Source of the DNA: Podarcis liolepis
Taxonomy: Eukaryota
Length of the DNA: 64,000 bases
Strand: one strand, 5' to 3'
Assembly: GCA_965112155.1 (NCBI GenBank)
Contig: OZ218099.1
Shown: piece by piece, positions 53,221-64,000 of the stretch
How positions within the stretch are numbered: the stretch's first letter is position 1
Layout: every line of letters starts with the position of its first letter
Translations under genes and position numbers: made by a program
Notes under the pieces: generated by a model
What the model saw: only the letters and a program-made list of their open reading frames with translations
What the model was told of the DNA's origin: nothing
Database searches by the model: none

Positions 53221-55259
53221 GCCTTAAAATCCTCTATCCCAGTGTTTCTCAACCTTGGGTCCCCAGATATTGTGGGAATACAGCCGTTCATTTTCCTCAC
53301 ATGCTGGGACAGATCTGCTGCCCTTGATACAGCTGCTTTGCTGGGATTTCGCACGGGCATCTTCTCCCTGCGTGTTTTTTTTTGGGGGGGGGCGTTGGCT
53401 GCAGCTCCCTAGCTAGAAGAGAGGCGATGGGGTCGCCTCCCCGCAGCCGCTTCTGTGCAGTCTCTTCCATTCCCTCCTGGATCCACTGTGAGTGCATGTT
53501 GTAGCTGGAATAGTCTGTCTGTGCACACACTGCAACTTCCTAGCAAGCCAGGCAGGAAGTTCTTGCCGCCTGGCTCTTTCTTTTCTTTCACCAGCGTTGA
53601 CATTACAAAGGCAGGATTGTGCATGTTGACCAGCCCGTCACTTTAAATCTCTGGCCAGTGCTCTGGACGGGTCCCATCGTGGGATGGGCAAGCATAAGTC
53701 TCCCTTGGCGTTTGCTTTTAATGGTTTGCTTGGAAATTTAAACTGCTGGAGGGGATCTGGAGAGCAGCTGCTCTCCTGGCAGAGAAATCTACATGGGTTT
53801 CTTCTTTCTCAGAAAGGAAAGTAGTGGCTTTCCTGCCAGATTTGTGTTCAGCAGCCTAGAAGTGCATCTGTAGGGTGTGTGAGAAGTTTGCTCAGATTTC
53901 GATATACCCCAGGCAAGAAGACCTCTGGTACTCCCTGCTTTTGGGCCCCCTATGCTTTACAGGCATTGTAAGGCTGTGGGAACCTGGCTGCAATGTGTCA
54001 GAACTGTCAGATTCTGTTTGGAGTGTGTATCCATTGGGGCTGGTGACTGGCAGGTTGGGTGCTGCAGCTTGTCATTTCCACTAAACTGGGGTATGCCTGC
54101 TGAATAGCAAACACCTCCCCTTCTTGCAGGGTCTGTTCTCCCACTTTTAATATCCTGCCTGTTCTGTGCTGAATCCTTAACACAAATATTTCGTGCATTA
54201 TAGATTGCGAGGGAACACAGTCTCTACCCAAAGAGTTGACTGGCAACTCTGTTAAAGAATCTATGGCAATGTTTAATTCATTCACAACACACACATACAC
54301 ACACACACATTAGGAGCCGGAGGGGTGAGACTGTGCAAATAGAGAGAGCAGAGATGGAAGGTTGTGCTTCACATATGGGAACCTGATTGTTTCTGAGAAT
54401 AATGAAAAAGGGAGTTAAGTTAGGAGGCAGCCAGGAGGATGCAGAGGAGAACAAGGAGTGAATGGTAGCATAGGATGAAACATGAGTAGAAAATGCAGGT
54501 CTTTTAATTCCATATCCTCTTATACTGTACAAATTGGTGCAGCAGTCGTTCACTATACCTACCTCTAATGGTGTAATGATCCCCCCCACCCTTTTGTGAT
54601 AAAAAGCTATGATACTGCGATAGTTTTATTTTCATATATTTATACTGTTCTCAGCAACAATTGTCACTAGTATAGGCTTTGTTTTAGAATGTCATAACAA
54701 TCTGACCTTTTATTTTATTGCATTTATATCCCACGTTTCTCCAAAGGAGCTTAAGGTGGTGTACAGGGTTCCCCATTTTTATCACCACAATGTAACTGTG
54801 AGTTAGGCTAGGCAGAGAGAGATGGACTTGGCAGAGGCCACTTACCGGTAATCAGCTACTGAGAAAGAATTTGAACCTGGTCTCTGAGCTCCAACTTTGT
54901 TCTCTCCAGATGTTGTTTGACTCCCAATTCCCATTAGTGCTAGCCAGCACAGCCAGTAGTCAGGAGTGATGGGGATTTACAGTCCAAAAACCTTTGGAGG
55001 GCACCACGTTGGGGAGGGCTGCTCTAACCACTGCACCACAGCGACAATCTGCCAAATTTTCATAGTGGAGAAGGCAACACAAGGAAGCAGGTGGGGAGAG
55101 GAAGATAAACAAAGGAAACAAGTAGTGGGGATGATCTATAGCAGTGTTTCCCAACTGGTGTTCCACGGCACACTAGTGTGCCGCCAGACGTTGCCTGGTG
55201 TGCCGTGGGAGGGAGGTGGGCGAGTCGGGCGGCGAGAGGCGGGGCGGCGGCGGCGAGGA

Positions 55260-55620
55260 GAGGCCGGCCAGCGCGGGGCTCTCGCCGTCTGGCTGCCTGC
55301 GTGGCGCTGACGTCACGGGGCTGTAACGTCGAAAGAAACCCGGGAATCCAGGCTGCGGACAGCCAAACTTCGCCTTTTCTCTATGGCCAGCTTTCATCCT
55401 ATCATATGCTAATACGTCTACGGTTGAAGCTGCGGAAGGGCGGAAGTTCCTGCGGGGAAGAACCGTCCGGTGAGCCCCGCGATCTTGGGAAGCTGAGTTC
55501 CCCCCTCGAGAACCGCCCCTCTCCCGCCACCCTTCTTCTTCTCCGCTGCCCGCGTATGGTCCCGCCGCGTAGCATCCTCTCGGCACCCAGAGCCCGGGGG
55601 GCTTCCTGCTTGCCATGGCG
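55260..55620 (+). promoter_or_regulatory. Housekeeping-type CpG promoter carried inside the hAT element
   Basis: Full CRE TGACGTCA 55308-55315; tandem ETS/GABP CGGAAG at 55433 and 55441; undecayed CpGs. Confidence 0.7.
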
Positions 55621-55808
55621 AGCGGCAGCAGCCTGGCGGCGGTAGCTGGCCTCGCAAAAGCTCCCGCCGCTGGAGGCCCCTTTGCGCCCGCCGGCCGCCT
55701 GTCGGCCGCCTGCTCCTGGGAGTGCCGGGCGGACCTGGCGGGAGTCCTGCGCCTCGTCCCGGAGGGGGAAACCGACGCCTGCGAGCCCCTGGGACCCCCG
55801 CTGAACGG
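55615..55808 (+). pseudogene. Captured first coding exon resembling C10orf88/PAAT exon 1, inside the hAT element
   Basis: Kozak GCCATGG; MASGSSLAAVAGLAKAPAAGGPFAPAGRLSAACSWECRADLAGVLRLVPEGETDACEPLGPPLNG then donor CGG|gtgagg in phase 2; pattern resembles recalled human C10orf88 exon 1 (LASSWDVAGGALTHSLLL...EELLAPPAPG); no later exons seen. Confidence 0.6.
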
Positions 55809-56643
55809 GTGAGGAAGGCGCCCGAGACTGGGGGGGGATACACACGCCCCAGGTTGCGGGCCTTCCTGTTCTCTGGAAGGAGCCCCGGGAGCCGTGGCAA
55901 GGAGGCGAGGGGCAGCCGAGACGGGGCCTCGAGGGGCTTGGCGGGGGGCTGCCCCTCTTCCAGACACCCCCCAACCCCCCAGAATGACCGCCAAATGCTG
56001 AACAAGCATCAAACAACCACAAAGGCTTCCGCGTCGTGACTCAGCGGGCAGAGTGTAGGTGTGTTTTTGCACGAAAAGGATCCCAGGCACATCAGTTCCC
56101 GGCGTCGATCCCTGCCTTGGAAACCTTGGAGAGCTCCTGCCCTCCAAGTGCAGACCCGCCGCTGTCAACTTTTTCCACATTGAACCCAAACACATTGCAC
56201 TTGGGGGACCAGCTTCTTAAATCTTTGGCCATATAGTTTGCACGGTTGCACTTGGCACTGCGACCCAATTTGGATCAATTGGAAGACCAGTGGGTGTAGC
56301 AGCAGCCTGGCAAGAATAGGCTCTTGTCCTCATTCCACTTTTTCAATCCATCCTTCCCCCTCTGGGGTAGCTTTCTTACTTGCTCTAGAACAGTGGTTCC
56401 CAACCTTTTTTTGGGCCATGCCCCACCTAAACATCTCTAAAATCCTGCCCCCCCCCCATGACGTATAATTCTTATTATTCAAAAAGTGAATAAGTAAAAA
56501 GTGACCTTTCCCCATCTGGCATGGTGGTGTGCCTCAAGATTTTTTTCATGAAACAAGTGTGCCTTTGCCCAAAAAAGGTTGGGAAACACTGATCTATAGT
56601 ACAATCCTATGCCAATAAACTCTATTGTGTCCAGTAGAGCTTA

Positions 56644-56999
56644 AAGGTACCAATGCCCGTACGGGCCAGTCGTGTCCGACTCTAGGGTTGTGTGCCCATC
56701 TCACTGAAGAGGCCGGGGGCCAGCGCTGTCCGGAGACACTTCCGGGTCATGTGGCCAGCGTGACGAAGCTGCTCTGGCGAGCCTGCACCAGTGCAGCACA
56801 CGGAAACACCGTTTACCTTCCCGCTAGAAAGCGGTACCTATTTATCTACTTGCACTTTAGGGGTGCTTTCAAACTGCTAGGTGGGCAGGAGCTGGGACCG
56901 CAGACGGGAGCTCACCCCGCCACGGGGATTCGAACCGCCGACCATGTGATCGGCAAGCCGTAGGCGCTGAAGATTTACCCACAGTGCCACCTGCGTTCC
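56644..56999 (-). mobile_element. Sauria SINE (Squam1), near full length
   Basis: 16-bp TSD TGTCCAGTAGAGCTTA (56628-56643, 57000-57015); characteristic TTCCGGGTCATGTGGCCAGC and GTTTACCTTCCCGC body; ACCTTT tail on the minus strand. Confidence 0.88.
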
Positions 57000-57805
57000 T
57001 GTCCAGTAGAGCTTACTCCTTGTTAAATATGTTTAGGATTTCAGCCAAAATTCAGTTGCAGACATATGCTTTAGAACTGGCTGCAGTTGGAGATGAGATT
57101 CTACTTACTTAAACATATTAATTATAATTAATTAATTAGATTTATATACCACCCTTCCTCGCAAGATCTCAAGGCGGTTCACAGAATAAAAATACAAGGC
57201 ATAAACACCAGTAAATAATTAAAACAAAAACAACAAAGCAATACCCCCTTCCACAAACACATTTAAAAGCCTCTTCTACTAGATTGCTGCTGCTTTTTAT
57301 AATGCCTGCTTTTTAAAACACCTTGCTTATAACATGACATTTCCTTGTGTATCTTATTAGACTGGGGGAGAGTTACCGGTAGGACTTGCTTTTACTCTTC
57401 ACTATGGATAATTTCTTTTGTTTTTTAAAACTGAATGCTGCCTTTGCACCAAATGATGCTATAGTGCTGGCCACATGCATCCTTTGAAATACATTCCTGA
57501 GTTGACTGGAATAGGTTTTTTTAATCTTTGGAAGGATCTGCCAGTGACTACAGATAGAGATGCTCTTAGCTGTGTTCTAGTTCTGTCTGGGACATCATAG
57601 TATGGAGGAAATGCATAATCAAAGGGGGGAAAGATGGTAGGCTCTTACACATAAGAGAAAAAGTGAGTCGTTTGGGAAAAGACAATCCTTTAAATCAGAA
57701 GGAAAATCAACAATAAATTGTTGCCTGTAATGAAGGATAGGCGAAGTGAATCAGTTTGGTATAGCTCTTGAGTTCAGATAGACATAAGATTTGATTATCA
57801 TACCC

Positions 57806-58264
57806 CAGAGGTTTTCAGCCTTTTTGAGTCCTCGGCTCCCTTAACCAATTACATTCTGTCTGCGGCACCCCTGTGGGGCTCAAGAGTCCAGTTGTGTCAC
57901 CCCTTGCCTGCAGAGCTGACAGCCTCTCACCCTTTTTTGAACACCCTCCCTTGTGGAGTCTTCCCTCAGCCTCTTCCCTCCCCTTTCCTTGGGAGTCCTT
58001 GGGGCAGCCGTCCCTTGTCTCTGAGCTGACCCCCCCCCTCCGCCCCAAAGAGAGGTGTCTCCCAGAGGCACCCTTCACCTACAGAGCTTATGGCCTGGGC
58101 TGCTGCAACAAACAGCTGTGCAAGCCTTTGGGAGGCAGAGACAAGAGAGGGCATCAGAGCAGGGAGGGAAGGAAAGAGGGATGGAGGCCAGTGTTGCCCA
58201 CGGCACCCCTGACCATCATTCAAGGCACCCCAGGGTGCCACAGCACACTGGTTGAAAAACACTG
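57806..58264. mobile_element. hAT MITE
   Basis: Perfect 8-bp TSD TCATACCC (57798-57805, 58265-58272); TIRs CAGAGGTTTTCAGCC / GGTTGAAAAACACTG; GGCACCC subterminal repeats. Confidence 0.85.
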
Positions 58265-61200
58265 TCATACCCTAACGACCTGTTGTTGTTTAAATGAGGC
58301 AGTCCTGCTTTCTAGCTGACTGTAGGGTTGGGCGGTTGTTTGTATCTTGGTCAATTCAAATGCCATGGTTGCTACTGCAGAAACCAGCTCTGTAATTTGC
58401 ACTCCCTCCTTCCTTTGAGTAGATTAATTCCTTGGTCCCCTTTCCCAGCTCGGAAAGTTTTGGAGGTGGAGGAGGAAAAGGGGCTTGTACCCAACCTCCC
58501 AGTAAGATGCGGTGTGAGGTCTGGAACTTGTGTTGCAATCCCTTATGGGAGTAAGCACCAGTGAGCACAATGGGACTCCTGTGCGAAAATGCACCGGATT
58601 GTTCTTAAGGGTAAGGTCCTGACAACCAATCTTCGCTTGACTACCAAGGCCCAAACCAAATTTGTGGGTCTCCACTGAGTGCATTTGCATACATCTTACT
58701 TGTGCAACCTTCATACTGGGATTGTGTGTTATGAAGAATCCACTTGCACACAAACTGCCCTCTTGGATCAGACCGAAATATCCATCTAGTCAAGCATTTG
58801 GTTTCCATCTGCTCACCAGATGCCTCAGCGTGGTTAATTGTGATTTTGGATTTTAGAAGCAAATATTCAGATGGGAAATACACTTCATGCTAGCCAATGT
58901 GTGTTCTCAAACAACACTTGTGATGGGAAAATTGGGGTGGGAATAGGAATTCTTCCCTGTAAATTTCTTCCTCACTTTTTTTTTAATTATAAAAAAATCT
59001 TAATCAGTGTTGATTCCAATTGGGCAGCACTGCTGGGGGGGCAATGTACTAAAAGGGGGGGGGGGAGAGAGAGAGAACCATTTGCAGAGGAGAACTGATG
59101 AACACGGAAAGGGTTAAGCATCTTTCTGTGCTGGTTCTCACCTGCAAATACCCCCCCCCCTTATTAGTATTATAAGGCAAATAAGGATAATAATGATATG
59201 GTGGCTCTAGAGCCTATATTTATTTTATAGCATGTAGATCTGTCCAAAGATTTCTGCTGGCCATATATATCCAATGAGTTCCTTCAGACAAGTTCAGCTC
59301 TTTGACTGCATACCTGGGACTGTTTGCACGAGCAAGAATATATTGTGTGAACTAGGTCTGAGGCTCATTGTTATTTACACAGATATTTTTTTTCTGTCTT
59401 GCCCTTCCTCCAGTTATTTATGATGGAAAAAATACTGACTTCTCCCTTTTGGAGTAGCATGAAAATGGTTGGTGATGTTATAATTCCTCTTCAAATTACA
59501 GTACTACTCTAAGTGAAGGATTAAAGGCTGCCTTCCCTCTTGGCAAATGTGAGCCTTCCACTTCTTCCAGCAATGGAAAATATCCACCACAAATATGTTT
59601 GCTCTCATTTGATTCCTTAGATGATTCTTTAACAGTTAAAAGTTTTTAGCCCTTGAAAAGAGAATGAACTTGTGATTCTGTAATTCAGCTCTGACAACCT
59701 TTGCAGGAATATCTTGTGTTGTGGTTGATTTGAAATTGGCTGCTGCTGACCTTTACACACCAAGACTAGACCTTTGTTCTTTATCTTCTACCTGAGCTAG
59801 GAATCTTTCACCCTATTTTTAAATGTTCTCATATGCTTTCCCCTCGTCCCAGTGGATGAAAATACAGGATGAGACTTCCTTTGGAATCCATAGTTTTTCA
59901 GCTTGCCATGTATTTCCATCTTTTGAAGGGCAGGTGTGAAAATAAAGGACAATTTTAGGAGTCTTCTTTTGTCTCTGGAATCCTATGGTGTTTTGTTTCT
60001 GAGAAACCTTCACACCCACCCCACACACATTTAAATTGATGTGATTATACCATCTACCTGCAGATAGAAGACATCTCCAAACATATTCTTATCTAAGAGG
60101 CTTTGTGAATTAAGAGGTCACCTGCAATGAGATCTTCCTACTTTGGTACATGCACTGTTTCTTCAGTGGTGACATTCCAGTGATTCCAGAGCACAAGTAC
60201 CCCACTCCAACAATAGTTGTGGAAAAATAATTAGAATTGTTCAGAGAAAGCTTGGAATGGGAAAGAATCGCAAGGCCATTCTCCCCCCCCCCCATTTGAT
60301 CATGGACAGTTGTACATGCATACAGTGACCACATGAAGAATGGTAGACCAGTTTGTACACATAGGCAGCCTGCAACCATCTCTGTGCCCAGGTGCTAAAA
60401 AAGTACAGTTGGACAATGTAGTTGCACTAAACTTTCAGCCATGAAGCTCACCGTGTGGCCATTGCCAGGCACACTGTCTCTCAGCCTAAACTACCACACT
60501 GGGGAGTTGCTTGGCTAAAAAGTGGACAAATGTTGTAAGCTGCTGCCTTCAATTCGTTGGAGGAATAAATGTATTTTGAAGTAAATCATGTTTCTGTTTC
60601 TGAAACCCTGTGAACTAGATTAACGTTGAAGTGAAAGAGAACAGTGTTTGCCCTTGAATCTGTACATAAGAACAAGACAGATTCCCAAAGACAGTTAATT
60701 ATATACACTCCAAACCTATTTTTACACAATAAGTGGAGAGGCTGAGTCATCTTGCTGTTGGCTACCTATAAGGCTCTTTCTGTGAGGTTGGAGCCAACCG
60801 TAAATAGGCCTGTTAGGCCTTCTCAACTACTTTGAGCACAGACCTGCCTTTCTCTTCCCTGAAGGCAGTTTCTTAGTATTCATGAGTTTGGAAAACTCCC
60901 TACTTTCAGAGTGTCATAGTCTGACCTAGAAATGACCTGTGCATTTCCCCACCCCCAGACAGACAGACAGACAGACAGTTGCACTTAACTATGGAAAGTT
61001 GTATTTTCAGCTGTGGGGCAATAATGGGGAGACTGGATCTCTGAGAAAAGGCTGAGGAAAGTGTGGCCTTGAGTAACTTTTGGTGCTCATTTATTGAGTG
61101 CTTGGAAGATCTGATGTTTGAGAATCTGCTTCTGTCCTCATTTATCTCTGTGGCGGCTGTAACAGAGAGCAGAGTTGCATGTAACTTTTGTTTCTTCCTC

Positions 61201-61488
61201 CTCCCCACATCCCCTCAGCTTTGGAGAAACCTGCTTCAGATGAACTTGTTGCATCTAGTTAGTGGAGTTATGATATCAAATCTGTGTTTCAAAATGAACT
61301 TAACCTTTTCTCTCATCTCATGGTTGATGAATGGGTCAACACCTGTTTGGGCAATGGGTCAGCTTTGTGTTTAGGGATCTGAACTTTTGCCTTGGGTTGC
61401 CTAACAGTCTGAAGACAGATATTGATTGAGTCTGGTAGGAGTGTAAGTGTGGAGGAGGAGGAGGAGGGCAAAAGTGAACTATTTAGTA

Positions 61489-61626
61489 CAGGTGTGGGAA
61501 GCCTTTGGTCCTCTAGATGTTGCCAAATGACAACTCTTATAATCCCTGGCCATTGGCCATGCTTGCCAGCGCTGATGGCAGTTGTAGTTTAGAAACATCT
61601 GGAGAGCCAAAGGTTCCCCACTCCTG
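61489..61626. mobile_element. Palindromic hAT MITE (related copies near 48085-48230 and 54890-55022)
   Basis: CAGGTGTGGGAAGCCTTTGG...CCAAAGGTTCCCCACTCCTG; TSD ATTTAGTA/AATTAGTA. Confidence 0.8.
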
Positions 61627-64000
61627 AATTAGTACCATGGCTCCAACTGATCTAGATTAAGCCCTGGATTTCTCAGTGGCAACCTCAAAAAGTGGAGTGT
61701 TGCACCTGTTTGCAGTGTGCATGCAACTGCTGAGACTTGAAGGGAAAGGCTGTGTGTTAAGAGTACAAGGCCTGTTACCCTATGTCTGTGCCCTTAATCC
61801 TCTCAAACACAGTAAATAAAGCACAAGACACTTTCGTCATTACAGAAATATCTGTAAGCTGGTTCCTTTTCTATAGGAACCTTTACCTGGGGCCAGGGTT
61901 CAGGAATACAATTAAAAGAAGTATAGATACCACAACATACTGCTCCACAACTTACAAAATGGAGGTGCTAATCTGGCTCTGAATTTAGAGATGAGCTAGG
62001 AGCTGGTGTGAAGTGACATATGTTGGTGTGGTTGGACTAGAAGATTGGCAATGCTAGACTTCCAGTGTTCTTGGGAATTGTTAAGAACATTTTTCTCTTC
62101 TACAGCTGACAAAGGGTTATATCTTTTTGTAGCTGTTAACAGTTTTTCTTCTAATAATGCTAGCAAGTAGATGAATGCATTGGAAATAAGCTCTTGATGG
62201 ATGTCTTAGTAATGGAGTTTGCTAGTGATGCCAGACCAGTAATGAATGATGGATGAGAAAACTAAGTGATTGAAATCTTTATTTTTAAAATATGAGGACA
62301 GATAAAGCGCTCCTTTTGTAAGATTATGCATGCACTGCTCCAAGCTGCAGCTTTTTAGTTGGGGGCAGTGACTGGTCAGCACAACATTGCTGATTCTATT
62401 ACATTGAAATACATTGGTATTTCCTGCAACGTACAACCAAACCACTGCACTATATGAATTACAAGTGGCTGGACTCGTGTGTTAGCACTCATCTGAAGGC
62501 ATATTGGCTCATGAATTGGTGCATGTGCAGAAATTGCTGATATGATATCCCCTTTTGTTTAGGTTGATGACTGTAAGGTGAGTTGAAGATACCCCCCAAT
62601 AGGTGCTTTGTAATGTTGACTTTGGGTGATTTAGGCAGTTGTTCAGTGCTGAGCCGTGCCAAGAATCGGATTTGGTAGTATAGGAAGGTATGAGATGTGG
62701 CCTGGTGCCTTATCTAACAGTACTGGCATTGTGTAAACTTACATCTGGTCCTGAAACATGCCGCAAAGCTGCTACCATGAAAATTCGGAAATGTGAGTAC
62801 AGATGGAGCATTACTCTTCTGGCTTTCCTATCTCTAAATAGGCAGAAAATGGAGGGGTTGTCCTCCAAATGAAACATGGGATCCCTGATCCACGATTTCC
62901 ATGGCTTGCCCTGCATTTATCCCCCAGTCACTGATAAAGTCAAATTTTATTTTCTAAATCCACTTGTGCACACTTAAAATGTACTTGTTTTGCAGGATGT
63001 GGTTGCCAATAAACTGAAGGTATTTGAAGAAGAAAACAATACCCCCTCAATGTAAACTTTGGTTAGACTCTGGTCCTGTTGGACTCCTGTGGTGTGTCTT
63101 CCTCTTACCGCCTGGTTTGTCTCAAGGCCACCAGCTCTGCTCTTGCTAAAAGGTTCTGGCACTTGGTTCCCCTGTTGATAATGCTAAGTGATGCCACATC
63201 TGATGAACTTGGTAAATTCCCCCTGACTTCTGGTGTAAGTTCATATTGAAAGAATCATGTGGCTTCAAGAGTGGAAATGGGGGTTGTGACTCGCTGGGTT
63301 TTATTTCTCCCTATTCAGTTGCTTTGAGGGTTCCCCCCCCCCCCTCTCTGACAGCTCTGTTACAGTTGGACAGATACCATTTGCATTTCTCTAGCAGCTT
63401 GTCACTCTTGGCAGTTTTCCTTTTGGCTATTTTCCCCCAGTCCCGTTTCCTTCAATATGTGGTTGCTACAGCTAGTGAAGGGACATGGAAGATTGGGAGG
63501 GAATTGTATTATATAGATGAGATCATACAAGGAGGTATCTGTGAGGAACAATATTCTTTTGAGCCAGGACTTGTCACCCAGAAGGATATTTTCCTTCTCC
63601 ATATGCAGCAAGGTTTTAATTAGTTGGGGGTTAAGCTTGACGATACAAAGACTTCTTAAAACCCAACTTGGTTAAATGCCCATCATGTTTTAAATGTTTG
63701 TAATATAATGCACAGGCATATTTTATATATAAAACCACAAATTAAACACATAATTAGCAAGAGACAGCACCTCCCATCTATGTTGGAGATCAATCCTAGT
63801 AGCATTTTATGTTGTTGAAAGTGACCCCCCCCCCTTGAAATATACATGGAGAACGTACCACATTTTGATTTTCATATTATTCACATAAGGCACCAGTGTA
63901 AGAGCAGGGCCTCCAAGTGCCAGGCAGATTCTTAGGGGAGCAGTTTCTGAGGTAATGTGGTCCCAAGCTATTTAGGGCACAGGTGGGTAGAGTTCAGATT

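Larger units (their letters stand above)
55142..56591. mobile_element. Non-autonomous hAT DNA transposon carrying captured host sequence (Pack-hAT)
   Basis: Perfect 14-bp TIRs CAGTGTTTCCCAAC (55142-55155)/GTTGGGAAACACTG (56578-56591); perfect 8-bp TSD ATCTATAG (55134-55141, 56592-56599); subterminal GTGTGCC repeats at both ends. Confidence 0.92.

Noticed and set aside
55173-56195. 340-aa minus-strand ORF and overlapping 150-200-aa ORFs
   Set aside because: Low-complexity A/P/R/G translation expected from stop-poor GC-rich DNA; no transposase or other domain is recognisable.
55809-64000. Complete nested C10orf88/PAAT gene
   Set aside because: No exon encoding the expected PC.LYL.C...ARNMEVY.GEEYCGT segment was found, and the exon-1-like piece is enclosed by TIRs and a TSD.

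Overview
Vertebrate genomic DNA, almost certainly from a squamate and probably a lacertid lizard (Sauria/Squam1 SINE, Squam3 SINE and tRNA-Lys/CR1-tail SINEs are present). The + strand carries exons 2-19 of STK10 (LOK, Ste20-family kinase; 2442-38700, exon 1 is outside the window) and a ~3 kb 3'UTR ending near 41700. An ~10 kb intergenic stretch rich in transposons, with two CTCF motifs, follows. Then comes a CpG-island promoter and coding exon 1 of SH3PXD2B (Tks4; [24 protein letters not shown], 53078-53149), whose intron 1 fills the rest of the window. The main finding is a 1,450-bp non-autonomous hAT DNA transposon in SH3PXD2B intron 1 (55142-56591; perfect 14-bp TIRs, perfect 8-bp TSD ATCTATAG). 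Its interior is not transposase. It is an intact CpG-island promoter, a Kozak ATG first exon and a splice donor resembling exon 1 of C10orf88/PAAT, i.e. a young Pack-hAT carrying a captured host promoter in sense orientation. Other points: STK10->SH3PXD2B order differs from human, STK10 intron 10 is GC-AG, and there is a solo LTR and a nested Tigger/SINE/L2/hAT cluster. Gene and repeat family names come from recalled sequences, not from database searches.
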